64,000 nt of DNA, taken from NCBI RefSeq assembly GCF_006345805.1, contig NC_043006.1:14322001-14386000 (forward strand). The letters run 5' to 3'. The translations under genes were made by a program, and so were the position numbers. Shown in pieces: positions 1-11,962 of the stretch. Numbering within the stretch: position 1 is the stretch's first letter; every line of letters starts with the position of its first letter. This DNA is from Octopus sinensis (Eukaryota). The notes beneath the pieces are model-generated. The model was not told where the DNA came from, did no database searches, and saw only the letters and a program-made list of their open reading frames with translations.

Positions 1-775
1 ACAATGATGATGATCTAATTTAAAAGCCTCCTGAAATTAATAAATTTTTTTCCATTTTTCTCCCCTCAATCATACATAAAGTGAAAGAATCATATGGTAT
101 GTGCATATATGTGTGTGTGTGTGTAAATGCCTCATCTTGAAAATGGCCTGATACAAGCAGTGTTGTTTGTTTCAGTCTTCTGTGAAAACATGCACAGATC
201 ATGAGGAAATAATATTTTGCTTGGAAACAGTTGAGGGTTGACAACAGGAAAGGTATCTGGCTGTCAAAGATCTGTTTCAAAAAATTCTAACCCATCGAGG
301 AGGAGGGGGAGGGGAGAATGGGAGGAGGAGGGAAGGAGGGGGGAGCAGGATGAGGAGATACTGTTTTGTTTACTAAATAGAATTCTAAAATTGATGGCAC
401 ATAAAAAGCACTATCCAAACGTGATCGATGCCAGGACCGCCTGACTGGTCCCCGTGCTGGTGGCACATATTAAGCACCATCTGAACGTGACCGATGCCAA
501 TACCTCCTGACTGGCACTTATGCCAGTGGCACATAAAAAGCACCCACTACATTCTTGGAGTGGTTGGCATTAGAAAGGGCATCCAGCTGCAGAAACATTG
601 CCAGGTCAGATTGAAGCCTGGTGCAGCCGCTGGCTCTCCAGACCTCAGTCAAAACTGTTCAACCCATGCCAGCATGGAAAACAGACGTTAAATGATGATG
701 ATGTGCATAATGCAAAGTTTAAAAGCCAGATAATCTCAAATTAATAACTGCTCCTAAAAATGTTACCAAACTTAC

Positions 776-863
776 CTGTTGCAGGAGAAGAAAGATGAGA
801 AAACCCAAGTGTTATCTCACTCTGAAGACCACTCACTTCAATGCAACAAAGAAAAGACACATC
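776..863 (-). CDS. POP1: POP1 coding exon 4 (DVSFLCCIEVSGLQSEITLGFSHLSSPAT-G); gene continues beyond the left edge
   Basis: 88 bp, ttttag| acceptor and CAG|gtaag donor, phase 0 to 1. Matches the human POP1 segment DLSYYCCLELKG and continues the frame of exon 2375-2617. Confidence 0.9.
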
Positions 864-1362
864 CTAAAATATGAGGGGGAAAAAAGCAGAAAAATATTAA
901 TATATCCACCACTACTAGTCTGAATAAATGTAGTTGTTAACAGAGTCAAAAAACAATATATTGAAAGAGTAAATATGGAATTTATACATTTAGTAAAGGA
1001 TAAACTATGCAAAAACAAGTCATAAATAATCTGAAGATTACTTACAAGGTTTGAGTCAGCTGCAAGCAAGAGCAGAAGACACTTGCCCAAGGTGCCACAC
1101 AGTGGGACTGAACTCAAAGCTATGTGGTTGGGAAGCAGCCTCCTTAGCCACAAAGCAATGCCTCCACCTATTAGCTTTGTGCTATGGTAGAAGACACTTG
1201 CCCAAGGTACCACACAAGACTGAACACGAACTGATGTGGTTAGAAAGCAAATTTCTTAACCGCAAAGCTATACCTGCACTTATTGGCTTTAAGTAGGCTG
1301 GGAATATAGTAGAAGACACTTGCCCAGAAGCCATGCAATGGGACTGAACCCAAAACCATGTA

Positions 1363-2118
1363 CCGCAAATCCTCAAGTATAGTCCACCCTTGAGTATAAT
1401 ACGCAGGGGTTTTTTAGGGGGCTGTACCTCTGAAAAACCTAAACCTTGTGTATAATACACGCCCCCTCTCTAACTTGAGTCAAGGAGGTCTATATAACGC
1501 CCTTGGTTTGTAAAAATGTATACGGTAACATCCTTTATTATTATTGTAAATATCACATAATGCAAATGTGTAGCTTTTTTGTGCATTTTGTTTGCAGAAA
1601 ATAAAGAAATAACAGTAATAACATCATCATCATCATCATCATTATCATTTAGCGTCCGCTTTCCATGCTAGCATGGGTTGGACGGTTCAACTGGGGTCTG
1701 TGAAGCCAGAAGGCAGCATCAGGCCCAGTCTGATCTGGCAGTGTTTCTACGGCTGGATGCCCTTCCTAACGCCAACCACTCCGTGAGTGTAGTGGATGCC
1801 TTTTACATGCCAACCGCACAGGTGCCATACGGAGCTGGCAAACGGCCACGAACGGATGGTGCTTTTACGTGCCACTGGCACAGGGGCCAGGTGAGGCGGA
1901 TGATTCTTTTATGACTTCATTGCTTTCAGGCTTAGCTTAAGGTATTTTCACGCCCGACATCACAAAATGCGTCTGAATAAACATTGCCGGACAGCAAATA
2001 GAGACTCGGACATTGCTTAGAAAATATTTTTCATTTTTAACCTCGTGTATAATACGCACAAGGGATTTTGACCTTTAAATTTTGGGGAAAAATGTGGATT
2101 ATACTCGAAGATTTACAG
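1363..2118. mobile_element. Non-autonomous pogo/Tc2-type DNA transposon, interrupted by an RTE 3'UTR fragment (about 1620-1900)
   Basis: TA|CCGCAAATCCTCAAGTATA ... TATACTCGAAGATTTACAG|TA termini. Homologous in reverse orientation to 10021-10990. Confidence 0.85.
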
Positions 2119-2374
2119 TAGTAGAGAAACAAACTTCTCATTCACAAAGCTACGCCTGTGTCAGTTGTTGATGGTAAAATAGTGTTAATGATCATCATTA
2201 TCATCATGCTACCAATAAACTACTAGAGCTGATATTTATCCTCACTTAAACGTGGATGTTCAGTTGGAACAAACTATACTGCAGTAGTTACCAAGAGAAA
2301 CCCTCATATTAGCTTTTGGTGTAAAATTCACTCTTGTTTATAAGTTTCAAATGTTTACCAAATGGTGTACCAAC

Positions 2375-2617
2375 CTGTAATAAGCAATATTTCGTAATAG
2401 AAGTGTAGGTCCTTCGTGTAGATTTGGAAGTGGGTTCCTTAGCTAAATGGTATCCCCACTTTTTAGTCATATGGAAACGCTTAGCATGCCAAATGTGAGT
2501 TTCGAGCCAAACTTGTTTCCTTTTGCGGCGAGTGTATTCAGCTAACAGATTATTTGGTCGTCTGCGATGCTTTCTCGATGGTGGTCGACGTAGGCGTTTA
2601 TTCACCTGGTTCTCGTA
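2375..2617 (-). CDS. POP1: POP1 coding exon 3 (YENQVNKR...[20 protein letters not shown]...CLLQ)
   Basis: 243 bp, phase 0 to 0, ttttcatcttag| acceptor and CAG|gttggt donor. Contains the POP1 signature [14 protein letters not shown]. Confidence 0.97.
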
Positions 2618-3086
2618 CTAAGATGAAAACAATCAGCATAGAAAACTGGATTAATAAATCTATTATATATATATAACATACTTAATCATATTGTATTTTA
2701 GGCAAACAAAAAACAGTAATTTTTAAGTGAGGGGTGTATATATGACTGGGTGTTGAAGATTTCCTGTCTTTGAGTAAAAGAAAATACAGGAAGATCAGTT
2801 AATTATGATTTTATTCAACATATTCCTCTCTCGTATTCACACATTTATTGCAGTGGTCCTACAGTTTTTTTTAAGCCCTGTAAAAACATTTGGAAGATTG
2901 GGCCTCCAAGCAAGCCTTTTGTGATACCCTTAAAGCCAGGAATTTTTCAGTACCCCTCTCGTATATAATATATACATAATTAATTAATAAGGGTGAGAGA
3001 ATTAGATACTAATTTAATAGTATATCTATTCAACACCAAGTGGCCCAGTGCCCCAAGAAACCTGGATTATTATAATATTTTATACA

Positions 3087-3251
3087 AAAATAAATATAAG
3101 AGAGTGGTCACTATATGGCTCACTCAAGCACGATTGTTAGCTAACAATCGTACTGACTTTCATGGGAAACATGTATTTTTGTGGTTGAAACCTTTTGGAT
3201 TTACTAGTGCTTGAGTGAGCCATATAGTGACCACTCTCTTATATTTATTTT
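3087..3251. repeat. Perfect 45-bp inverted repeat with 75-bp spacer
   Basis: Arms 3087-3131 and 3207-3251 are exact reverse complements. A 20-bp palindrome lies at 3131-3150. Confidence 0.9.
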
Positions 3252-3482
3252 AATATATACATACACAACCAGCTTCTATCAGTTTCAGTCTGCCAAATCC
3301 ATTCACATGTCTTTGGTCAACCTGGAATTATAGAAGACACTTGTCCGAGGCATCACTCAGTCCCACTGGGTGGGACTGAGTGAGCACAAAACCACATGGT
3401 TGGTACTTAACCATTCAACCTTACCTTCGCTTATAAACAATTGATTTAGAAAACTAGATTAATAAATCTATTACATATAACA

Positions 3483-3850
3483 CTAGCGCTATGACCCGAC
3501 AACGCCAGGTCATAGTGCTAGTGCATGCATATACAGCTGCGTGCGTGCACACATACACACGAGTACTGTCCAAATCTCCGACCAATCTCATACACCAGCT
3601 GGCATTCAATTGGCGTATCAAGTTTCGGGCATTTTGATTGGGTTTTGGATAGAAAATTCACAAAAATGTCACTTCTATTGATTTTTTTACTGGCTTTGCG
3701 GTGTGACTGGGGAAATGTAAAGATGTGCACGACCACCCTTGGACGGTTTTAAATGACCATAGAAAGTGCAAGACCTCTAACTGAAAAATTGTGGATTTGT
3801 ATAAAGGACATACACACACACAGACACTTTGCCATTTATATAGAGAGAGA
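3483..3850 (-). mobile_element. Non-autonomous Helitron-like element
   Basis: CTAG terminus with subterminal hairpin (cactagcgctatgac/gtcatagtgctagtg) and TATAGAGAGAGAT end. Confidence 0.55.
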
Positions 3851-5142
3851 TTCTTAATCCTATTAAAGTATTACATAGGCATCCTTTGCTTAACAGAAGC
3901 ATTCTGTTCATGAAAATCTTATTGTATGGTGGCGTTTCATAACATAATTTCCAATGACTTATGCTTTTGCTGACTTTCAAGAAACATGCATTCAATGGAG
4001 AATAGCTTTCACTTTACAGAACAACATGTTATAGCAAGATTTTTAGGAGTACAATGATTCCACAATGCTGAAGATGCCTGCATTAGTATTGATCCATATG
4101 ATATGACTAAATATGTTGAACAGCAAGACTTACTGTTGGTAGAAATATTAAGGTAGTGAGCTGTCAGAAACGTTAGCACACCGGGCGAAATGCTTAGCAT
4201 ATTTCGTCTGCCGTTACGTTCTGAGTTCAAATTCTGCCGAGGTCAACTTTATCTTTCATCCTTTCGGAGTCGATAAATTAAGTACCAGTTACGCACTGGG
4301 GTCGATGTAATCAACTTAACCCCTTTGTCTGTCCTTGTTTGTCCCCTCTATGTTTAGCCCCAGGGCAATAAAGAAATAAGAAATATTTTTAGCAATGCAA
4401 ACATGAAATATGCCCCATTCCCAAGAAGACTAACTTCTCTGAACCTGCCAAGTCCTGATCCGCTTTCATAAAAGCTGATGAAAACTGAAAACAACTGAAA
4501 ACAACCACCTCCCTCACGCTTGAAGATATTGTGTCAGATTATGTTTTTGAGTCAGCCCACCTTACACTGTCAGCAAGACAGAAACAAGCTTCTATGGAAA
4601 GGAGAATTTCCAGGGCAGTAGGCATCAAATTTTGGTTGCAACAAGCTACTAGATCATCGTCATCATCATCATCATCGTTTAACGTCCACTTTCCATGCTA
4701 GCATGGGTTGGACGATTTGACTGAGGTCTGACGAACCAGATGGCTGCACCAGGCTCCAATCTGATCTGGCAGAGTTTCTACAGCTGGATGCCCTTCCTAA
4801 TGCCAACCACTCGAGAGTGTAGTGGGTGCTTTTACGTACCACCGGCACGAGGGCCAGTCAAGCGGTACTAGCAACAGCCATGCTCAAATGGTGTTTTTTA
4901 TGTGCCACCTGCACAGAAGCCAGTCCAGCGACACTGGCAACGACCTCGCTCAAAATTTTTTTCACGTGCCACCAGCACAAGTGCTAGTAAGGCGACAAAC
5001 CTATCTTAAAGTCATTTTTCTGTGTCAGAGTAGGCTTCATAAACCACCATCAACTGGACAGAAACAAATTACTATGGCAAAGAGAACTTCCATGATGGCA
5101 GGCATCATATTTTAGTTACAGTGAGCTGTCAGATACCTCATA

Positions 5143-5359
5143 CGAGGGGATGCTGAAAAGTTCCTGGCTTTGGGTAAAAGAAAATACAGAAGGATCAGTT
5201 AATTAGGATTTTATTCAACATATTCTCCTCTCAGATTCACACACTTATTGCAGCTTTCCTTCAGTTTTTTAAAGCCCTATAAAAGAACTTGGAAGGTTAG
5301 ACCTCCAGCCAGGCCTTTCATAGTACCCTTAACACCAGGAGCTTTTCAGCATCCCTTCG
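5143..5359. mobile_element. Mariner-type MITE (degraded second copy at about 2743-2961)
   Basis: TA|CGAGGGGATGCTGAAAAG ... CTTTTCAGCATCCCTTCG|TA. Confidence 0.85.
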
Positions 5360-5594
5360 TATATGAATGTTTGTAAAAACCAGTATAAATTGGTGCATCA
5401 AGTTATGTCCCATTGTTTAAAATAATGTAACTTAGCCATTCAGTATATAGGGATCAATAAAATACATACCATGCTGAAATAAGTGTTAGGGTTGGTTTAA
5501 TTAACTAAAACCTTTGAGAGCACTTCACCAACAAAGTTCCAGGCCCATGACCAAACCCACTGGAAGACTACAGAATGGTCAGAGAGGTAATAAC

Positions 5595-5880
5595 ATCATC
5601 ATCATCGTTTAACGTCCATTCTCCATGCTAGCATGGGTTGGATGGTTCGACCGGGGATCTGGGAAGCCAGAAGGCTGCACCAGGCTCCAGTCTGATCTGG
5701 CAGTGTTTCTACAGCTGGATGCCCTTCCTAACGCCAACCACTCCGTGAGTGTAGTGGGTGCTTTTTACGTGCCACCTGCACAGGTGCCAGGCAAGGCTGG
5801 CAACGGCCACGGTTGGATTGGTGCATTTTACGTGCCACCGGCACAGAAGCCAGTCGAGGCGGCACTGGCTTCGGCCACAT
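5595..5880 (-). repeat. Family C repeat (RTE 3'UTR fragments), representative copy
   Basis: (CAT)n-GTTTAACGTCC..CCATGCTAGCATGGG..GGATGCCCTTCCTAACGCCAACCAC plus tandem GGTGCTTTTTACGTGCCACCGGCAC units. Other copies at about 410-700, 1620-1900, 4655-5000, 7612-7720, 9505-9890, 25600-26050, 26640-27130, 34150-34517, 35215-35515, 36520-36878, 39650-39975, 47000-47285, 48958-49340, 51022-51570. Confidence 0.9.
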
Positions 5881-5966
5881 TGATTATAATAGGTCTGTAA
5901 GCTTGGCACTGACCATAGACAACATAATAACAACCATAACACTATAAAAATATGGAAAACACAAAC

Positions 5967-6151
5967 CTGCTTTTTGACCAACTGCCGAAGACGCCGTGGC
6001 CAACGTCTGATGTCATGACTCATGGCTCGTCTGTTCATGTGTTTGGGTAGAGTCTCCAGAACCATTTTGTTCACCGTTTTAGTCTGGACATGAAGGTTCA
6101 AACTTGCAATTTCTTGAGACCGACTTTCAGCATATCGAGTAATGTTAACAC
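5967..6151 (-). CDS. POP1: POP1 coding exon 2 (VNITRYAESRSQEI...TLPKHMNRRAMSHDIRRWPRRL...KKQ)
   Basis: 185 bp, phase 1 to 0, tttctcag| and CAG|gtttgt. Matches the POP1 N-terminal domain motif FQTLPRHMRRRAMSHN. Confidence 0.95.
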
Positions 6152-6202
6152 CTGAGAAATATAAAACAAATATTATTACCATCATTATCAGAATAATTGA
6201 CA

Positions 6203-6617
6203 GGCGCAGGAGTGGCTGTGTGGTAAGTAGCTTGCTTACCAACCACATGGTTCCGGGTTCAGTCCTACTGATTGGCATCTTGGGCAAGTGTCTTCTGCTA
6301 TAGCCTCAGGCCTACCAAAGCCTTGTGAGTGGATTTGGTAGACGGAAACTGGAAGAAGCCTGTCGTATATATGTATATATATATATAGATATATATGTGT
6401 GTGTTTGTGTATCTGTGTTTGTCCCCCTAGCATTGCTTGACAACCGATGCTAGTGTGTTTATGTCCCCGTCACTTAGTGGTTTGGCAAAAGAGACCGATA
6501 GAATAAGTACTGGGCTTACAAAGAATAAGTCCCGGGGTCGAGTTGCTCGACTAAAGGCGGTGCTCCAGCATGGCTGCAGTCAAATGACTGAAACAAGTAA
6601 AAGAGAGTAAAGAGTAA
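6203..6617 (+). mobile_element. tRNA-derived SINE family A, representative full copy
   Basis: GGCGCAGGAGTGGCTGTGTGGTAAG (A box) and GGTTCAGTCC (B box), CCTTGGGCAAGT core, internal (TA)n(TG)n, (GTAAAAGA)n tail. Other copies at about 12087-12458 (-), 16970-17345, 23838-24250, 27297-27540, 30907-31328, 31575-31935 (-), 32057-32530, 33168-33490 (-), 39392-40135 (-, split), 44862-45213, 56445-56640, 56750-57080 (-), 61048-61465, 63105-63270. Confidence 0.9.
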
Positions 6618-7142
6618 TGGTTTTGTAATTTAAGCACTAATAATTTTTAGGTTAAGGGTGTGTATGTAATCTATACACAACCAGCTGCTTTCAGTTTTTG
6701 TCTGCCAAATCAACTCACATATCACACTTCTCCAAGGTACTACCCAGTGGGTCTAAGCACAAAACCACTTGGTGGTACTTTATAACACACCCAATGACTT
6801 TAATAACACATCCATGCCTATTAACTATAAAATTATAATTGAAGTGAAGTACAACCAGTGCATGTGTTGACTGGCAGTATTACCCTGCCAAAGTACATAA
6901 ATTTCAATATACAGTTTCACATAAAAATTTTTTTAAATGATATGTTTCAATTACATACATTATACATATGACATCTGTTTAAGTACTAAATATCCAGGAA
7001 AGCTGTTATATTCTTGGTATAAAGGGCATTTTTATAATGTCTCATCATTAAATAATGGTTCATCAGAGTTCAAATGTGTTTCGAATGAGATAAATATCAT
7101 TATCCATTTAAAGGTGTTAAGCTAGCAGAATTAATTACTGAA

Positions 7143-7560
7143 GGTGGCGAGCTGGCAGAAACGTTAGCACGCCGAGTGAAATGCTTAGCGATATTTCGTC
7201 TGCTGCTACGTTCTGAGTTCAAATTCCGCTGAGGTTGACTTTGCCTTTCATCCTTTTGGGGTCGATTAAATAAGTACCAGTTATGCACTGGGGTCGATGC
7301 AATCGACTTAATACCTATGTCTGTCCTTGTTTGTCCCCTCTGTGTTTAGCCTCTGGTGGGTAATAAAGAAATAGGTATTTCGTCTGCTACTTCGTTCTAA
7401 GTTCAAATTCCGCCGAAGTCGACTTTGCCTTTCATCCTTTTGGGGTCGATAAAATAAGTACCAGTTACGCACTGGGGTCGATGCAATCAACTCAATCCAT
7501 TTGTCTGTCCTTGTTTGTCCCCTCTGTGTTTGGGCCCTTGTGGGTAGTAAAGAAATAAGA
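7143..7560 (+). mobile_element. tRNA-derived SINE family B (internally duplicated form), representative copy
   Basis: GGCGGCGAGCTGGCAGAAACGTTAG...GAGTTCAAATTCC head. Other copies at about 4157-4380, 8815-9150 (-), 16320-16735, 17522-17757, 24750-24920 (-), 33955-34140, 36020-36220 (-), 37958-38345, 47287-47510, 51770-52010 (-), 52480-52930, 55620-56270 (-). Confidence 0.9.
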
Positions 7561-8109
7561 ATTAAGAATAATCAGAAAAACTGCCTTATAGTATTTGTTC
7601 TGGGTCTTTACATTCATCATCATTTAACGACCGCTTTCCATGCTAGCATGGGATGGACGATTTGACTGAGGTCTGGCAGAGTTTCTACAGCTGGATGCCC
7701 TTCCTAATGCCAACCACTCCAAGCTCAAATTCTGTCATGGTCAACTTTGCCTTACAGGGTTGATAAAATAAAGTGCCAGTCAAGTATCTGAACTAATAGT
7801 ATTGATGCTCTTCCCCTGAAAATTGCTAGCCTCGTGCCTAAATTACAAGCCATTGTTATTATTCATTTAATCCTCTTCTTCTCAGTTGGAAAATCAGACC
7901 AGTTCTTAGTGACTCTCAGAGCTTTACTCCATGTAAGATCCAGTTCTTTCTGAACTGTTGTATGCCATGTATTTGTTTTCTTTCCAGGCTTTTCTCTTTC
8001 CAAGTGGCATTTCTTTTGGCTCTTTATGTTCCGAGTTCAAATCTTGCTTTGATGAAAAACTTTGTTTTTCATCTTTTTGCAATCAATAAAATAAAACATC
8101 AGTCAAGTA

Positions 8110-8676
8110 TTGGGTTGTCCGGAAAGTTTGTGCCGATTTATAGTAGCTTACCTTCCGACTTATTTCAGAACATAGTTGAGTCCATAAAATAGGATTTGAT
8201 TACACCTCCATTTAGAGTACAGTTTAAGCTATCTTTTTGTGGAAGAAGGTTTATGTTCCTATAACCTGTGTTAATTCTGTAACCCTTTAAAATGGAAAAT
8301 AAGAAAGTTCATTTTCGGCACTTGATGCTTTGGGAACCAGACAAAAACTGCTGCAGCTCGGCTGGGATGTGTTACCCCACCCTCCATATTCACCAGATAT
8401 TGCTCCTTCAGATTTCAACTTATTCAGGTCTCAGCAGAATAGTCTTAATGGTAAAAATTTCAATTCTTTGGATGACATAAAAAGATACCTTGATGAATTC
8501 TTTGCCATGAAACCATCTCAATTCTGGGAAGAGGGTATTTTCAAGTTAAAGGAAAGATGGAGACGCATTGTGCAATCAAAATGGTTCATATTTGGTTGAT
8601 TAAAAATGTAATGGCAAGTATTTATTGACCTTTTTCTTTCCTTTAAAAATTGGCAAGAACTTTCTGGACAACCAAA
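8110..8676 (+). mobile_element. Internally deleted mariner transposon (mellifera-like)
   Basis: TIRs TTGGGTTGTCCGGAAAG with TA TSD. N-terminal MENKKVHFRHLMLW is fused to C-terminal LPHPPYSPDIAPSDF...KLKERW. Confidence 0.92.
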
Positions 8677-9348
8677 TACTTGGGTTAAAGCTACCAACTT
8701 ATCACCTCGCCTCAAAATTGCTAGCCTCATACCAAAATGAGAAAGAATATTATGAGGACAGTAAATTAACAGAATCAATAGCACATCGGTTGAAATGCTG
8801 AACAACATTTCTTATTTCTTTATTACCAACAAGGGGCTAAACAAGGACAGACAGAGGGATTAAGTCGATTATGTCAACCCCAGTGCATAACTGGTACTTA
8901 TTTAATTGACCCCAAAAGGATGAATTTGAACTACACACAAAGGGTTAAACACAGAGGGGACAAATAAGGACAGACAAATGGATTCAGTCAATTACATCGA
9001 CCCCAGTGTGTAACTGGTACATATTTAATCGACCCCGAAAGGATGAAAGGCAAAGTCGACCTTGGCGGAATTTGAACTCAGAACATAGCGGCAGGCGAAA
9101 TACAGCAAAGCATTTCGCCCGGTGTGCTAACGTTTCTGCCAGCTCTCCGCCTTAATGCCTAACAACATTTCTACCAACTCAATATATTCCTGAGTTCAAA
9201 TACTATAGAAGTTAACTTCGCCTTTTATCCTTTCTGGGTAGATAAAATAAGGTACCAGTCAGGTATTTGGGCTGATGTATCATTTAACACTTTCCCTTTA
9301 ATTATTGTTGGTCCTGTGCTAAAACTAGAAATGATTAATTATACTTAC

Positions 9349-9427
9349 TTGGAGGCAATGCAATATCTGACTGGTCTCCAGCTTCAACATTAGAAAACTT
9401 TCTCTTCCTATTATTTCGGTCACACAT
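9349..9427 (-). CDS. POP1: POP1 first coding exon (MCDRNNRKRKFSNVEAGDQSDIALPP-S); exon spans 9349-9444 including 17 nt of 5'UTR
   Basis: tgtttgtttcag| acceptor at 9445, ATG at 9427, CAA|gtaagt donor in phase 1 matching exon 5967-6151. Basic RKRK NLS-like N-terminus. Confidence 0.85.
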
Positions 9428-10020
9428 TTTGATCAGCTGTCTATCTGAAACAAACATTAAATGATAAAAACAATAATTCCAAATGTGAAAAAAGTTATTG
9501 GAAACATCATCATCATCATCATCGTTTAACGTCCGTTTTCTATGCTAGTACGGGTTGGATGGTTTGACCGGGGTCTGGGAAGCCAGAAGGCTGCACCAGG
9601 CTCCAGTCTGATCTGGCAGTGTTTCTACAGCTGGATGTCCTTCCTAACGCCAACCACTCCGTGAGTGTAGTGGGTGCTTTTTACGTGCCAGGGGAGGCTG
9701 GCAGTGGCCACAATCAGTTGGTACTTTCTATGTGCCACCGGCACAGAAGCCAGTCAAGGCGGCACTGGCATCGGCTGCGTACAGATGGTGCTTTTTATGT
9801 GTCACCGGCACAGAAGCCAGTCAAGGCGGTGCTGGCATCGGCTGCATAAGGATGGTGCTTTTTACATGCCACTGGCACAGGTGCCAAATGAACTACTGTC
9901 TTCAGCATCAACAACCTGATGGAAGAAGACATATATATACAGATCTGGCTGGGTATTTGTGGATAAAATTTAGCAGGCCATAAACAGATGTCCTAATAAA
10001 AAGTTACACACCATACACTA

Positions 10021-10990
10021 CCGTAAATCCTCGAGTATAATCCGCATTTTCCCCAAAAATTTAAAGGTCAAAATCCCTAGTGCGTACTATATATGAGGTT
10101 AAAAATGAAAAATATTTTCTAAGCAATGTCCGAGTCTATATTGGCTGTCTAGCAATGTTTATTCAGACGCATTTTGTGATGTCGGGCATGAAAATACCTT
10201 CAGCTAAGCCTGAAAGCAATGAAATCATAAAAGAATCACCCATAACTTGCAGTAAGCAACATTTATTAAATTAAAGTATTCAGAACACAGAATAACATGT
10301 AACAAAAACAATTTGCAAACATATTTACATTCCCATATAACAGTTAAGAACATCACCATTATTGTATTACGCATGCACGGAAGTGTTTGTTCGACTAGGT
10401 GCTGCTGGCTTAATTATGCACGAATTGTGCTTAATAGTTTAACGCTAAATAGTTCATCCTGCTGTTTGTATTGGCAGTTTGCATCATTACCATGGCAAAC
10501 AATAGATACTTAATTAAATACCAGTATTAAATGTTTGAACTACTGTGGGTCTTTACTAGGGTTTTTTTTATAAGCGAGACTTAAACCTCTACATTAATCT
10601 CCAATAAAACATTTTATACATTATATGCCCATAAAATGCCTCATAGATCTTATTCAGCTATGTTTAAACTTGAAGTTATATCATATGCTGAAGAGCATGG
10701 TAATAGGGCCACCGGAAGAAAATTTGATGTTGACGAAAGCAACGTCAGGTTATGGAGAAAAAAATAAAGATGAAATTAAACAGATGCCAAAGATAAAGAA
10801 GGCAAGAAAGCAATAATAAAGGACGTTACCATATACATTTTTACAAACCAAGGACGTTATATAGACCTCTTTGACTCAAGTTAGAGAAGGGGTGCGTATT
10901 ATACACAAGGTTTAGGTTTTTCAGAGGTACAGCCCCTAAAAATCCCCTGCGTATTATACTCAAGGGCGGACTATACTCGAGGATTTACAG
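10021..10990 (+). mobile_element. Non-autonomous pogo/Tc2-type transposon carrying a Brinker-type DNA-binding-domain remnant (10636-10816)
   Basis: TIRs CCGTAAATCCTCGAGTATA with TA TSD. Encodes MPHRSYSAMFKLEVISYAEEHGNRATGRKFDVDESNVRLWRK, then a frameshift. A partial end is also at about 31366-31410. Confidence 0.85.
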
Positions 10991-11962
10991 TATATTTCAA
11001 CTTTCTTATTTCTCTTTCAGATGTAATGAGAGCATCAACATGGAACATTTCGATTTGATACAGGAAATGAAATGGTTCAACATTCTTAAGGCCAACCACT
11101 GCAACTCATAGACTGCAAGCTTCTTGAATATAGCAAGATCCTTTATACTCCAGATCAAGAAAGAGCTGGAAACCTCCAACAAAGCTCTATCATCCGTGGC
11201 CTAAAGAAAGAAGCATTCACAATAATCAGATGTTGTTAATATGACTGAAATTGTCCAGTAGGGCAGGAAAAAATCATTAATGACAACCCCAAAGGGTTGA
11301 TGAGGACCATCAACAAGCATCTTAAGGTGGAACAGTCCATTATTAGGTTTCAGGGCAGGAGGACATCAACAAGTATTATGTGATGAGAAGAGTTCAGTTC
11401 AAGTCTAGCAGGACCTAGATGTGCGTGATCATCTGGCATTCTTCCATCACCACCCCAGCATCATGTACATCCATACTTTGAATCCCTCGGACTGCTACAT
11501 TTGACTTGTCATTGGCAATGGAATGAACAGGTTGGTGTTCCTGCCCTCCTCCCGCCCTATGATTCACAGGTTGAGGGCTGCCATGGTGAGCGAAAGCAGC
11601 TGATTCTTAATACATAATCGCTCCCATAGCTCCGTCAGCACAACTACTGAGGCTGAGAGGGGTTTTGTTGAATGGTCTATTTCTAGATGAATACCTGCCA
11701 TTTTGACTGAGAATTTTTTTTTTCTACTTTTTTTCTTTGTTTTGTTTTGGAGTGTCCAGGTACACCTTGCACAATGTTTCTGACAGCATTACCAAGAGCA
11801 TAGTTTGAACCGAGCATGCACAACTCTTTTCAAGAAGCAGACCTCATGAGTCAGGGCTCATCATTAGGTGGGCCACACTACTAAAAAAAAAAATGATGGT
11901 AATTTTTCGTTTGGTATGCCACTGAAGGACTGCAGGCCGCAGTTTACCCAAGACTGGTTTAA

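Noticed and set aside
5625-5900. Recurring ORFs such as MLAWVGWFDRGSGKPEGCTRL (also 26684, 58500, 39530) as a gene family
   Set aside because: They are antisense translations of the RTE 3'UTR repeat, with variable frameshifts and no splice structure.
8330-8599. Functional transposase or SETMAR-like gene
   Set aside because: Most of the transposase is deleted between intact TIRs.
11000-11800. Possible additional gene exon or LINE ORF
   Set aside because: There is an acceptor-like site at about 11020, but no open frame or recognisable motif order could be established.
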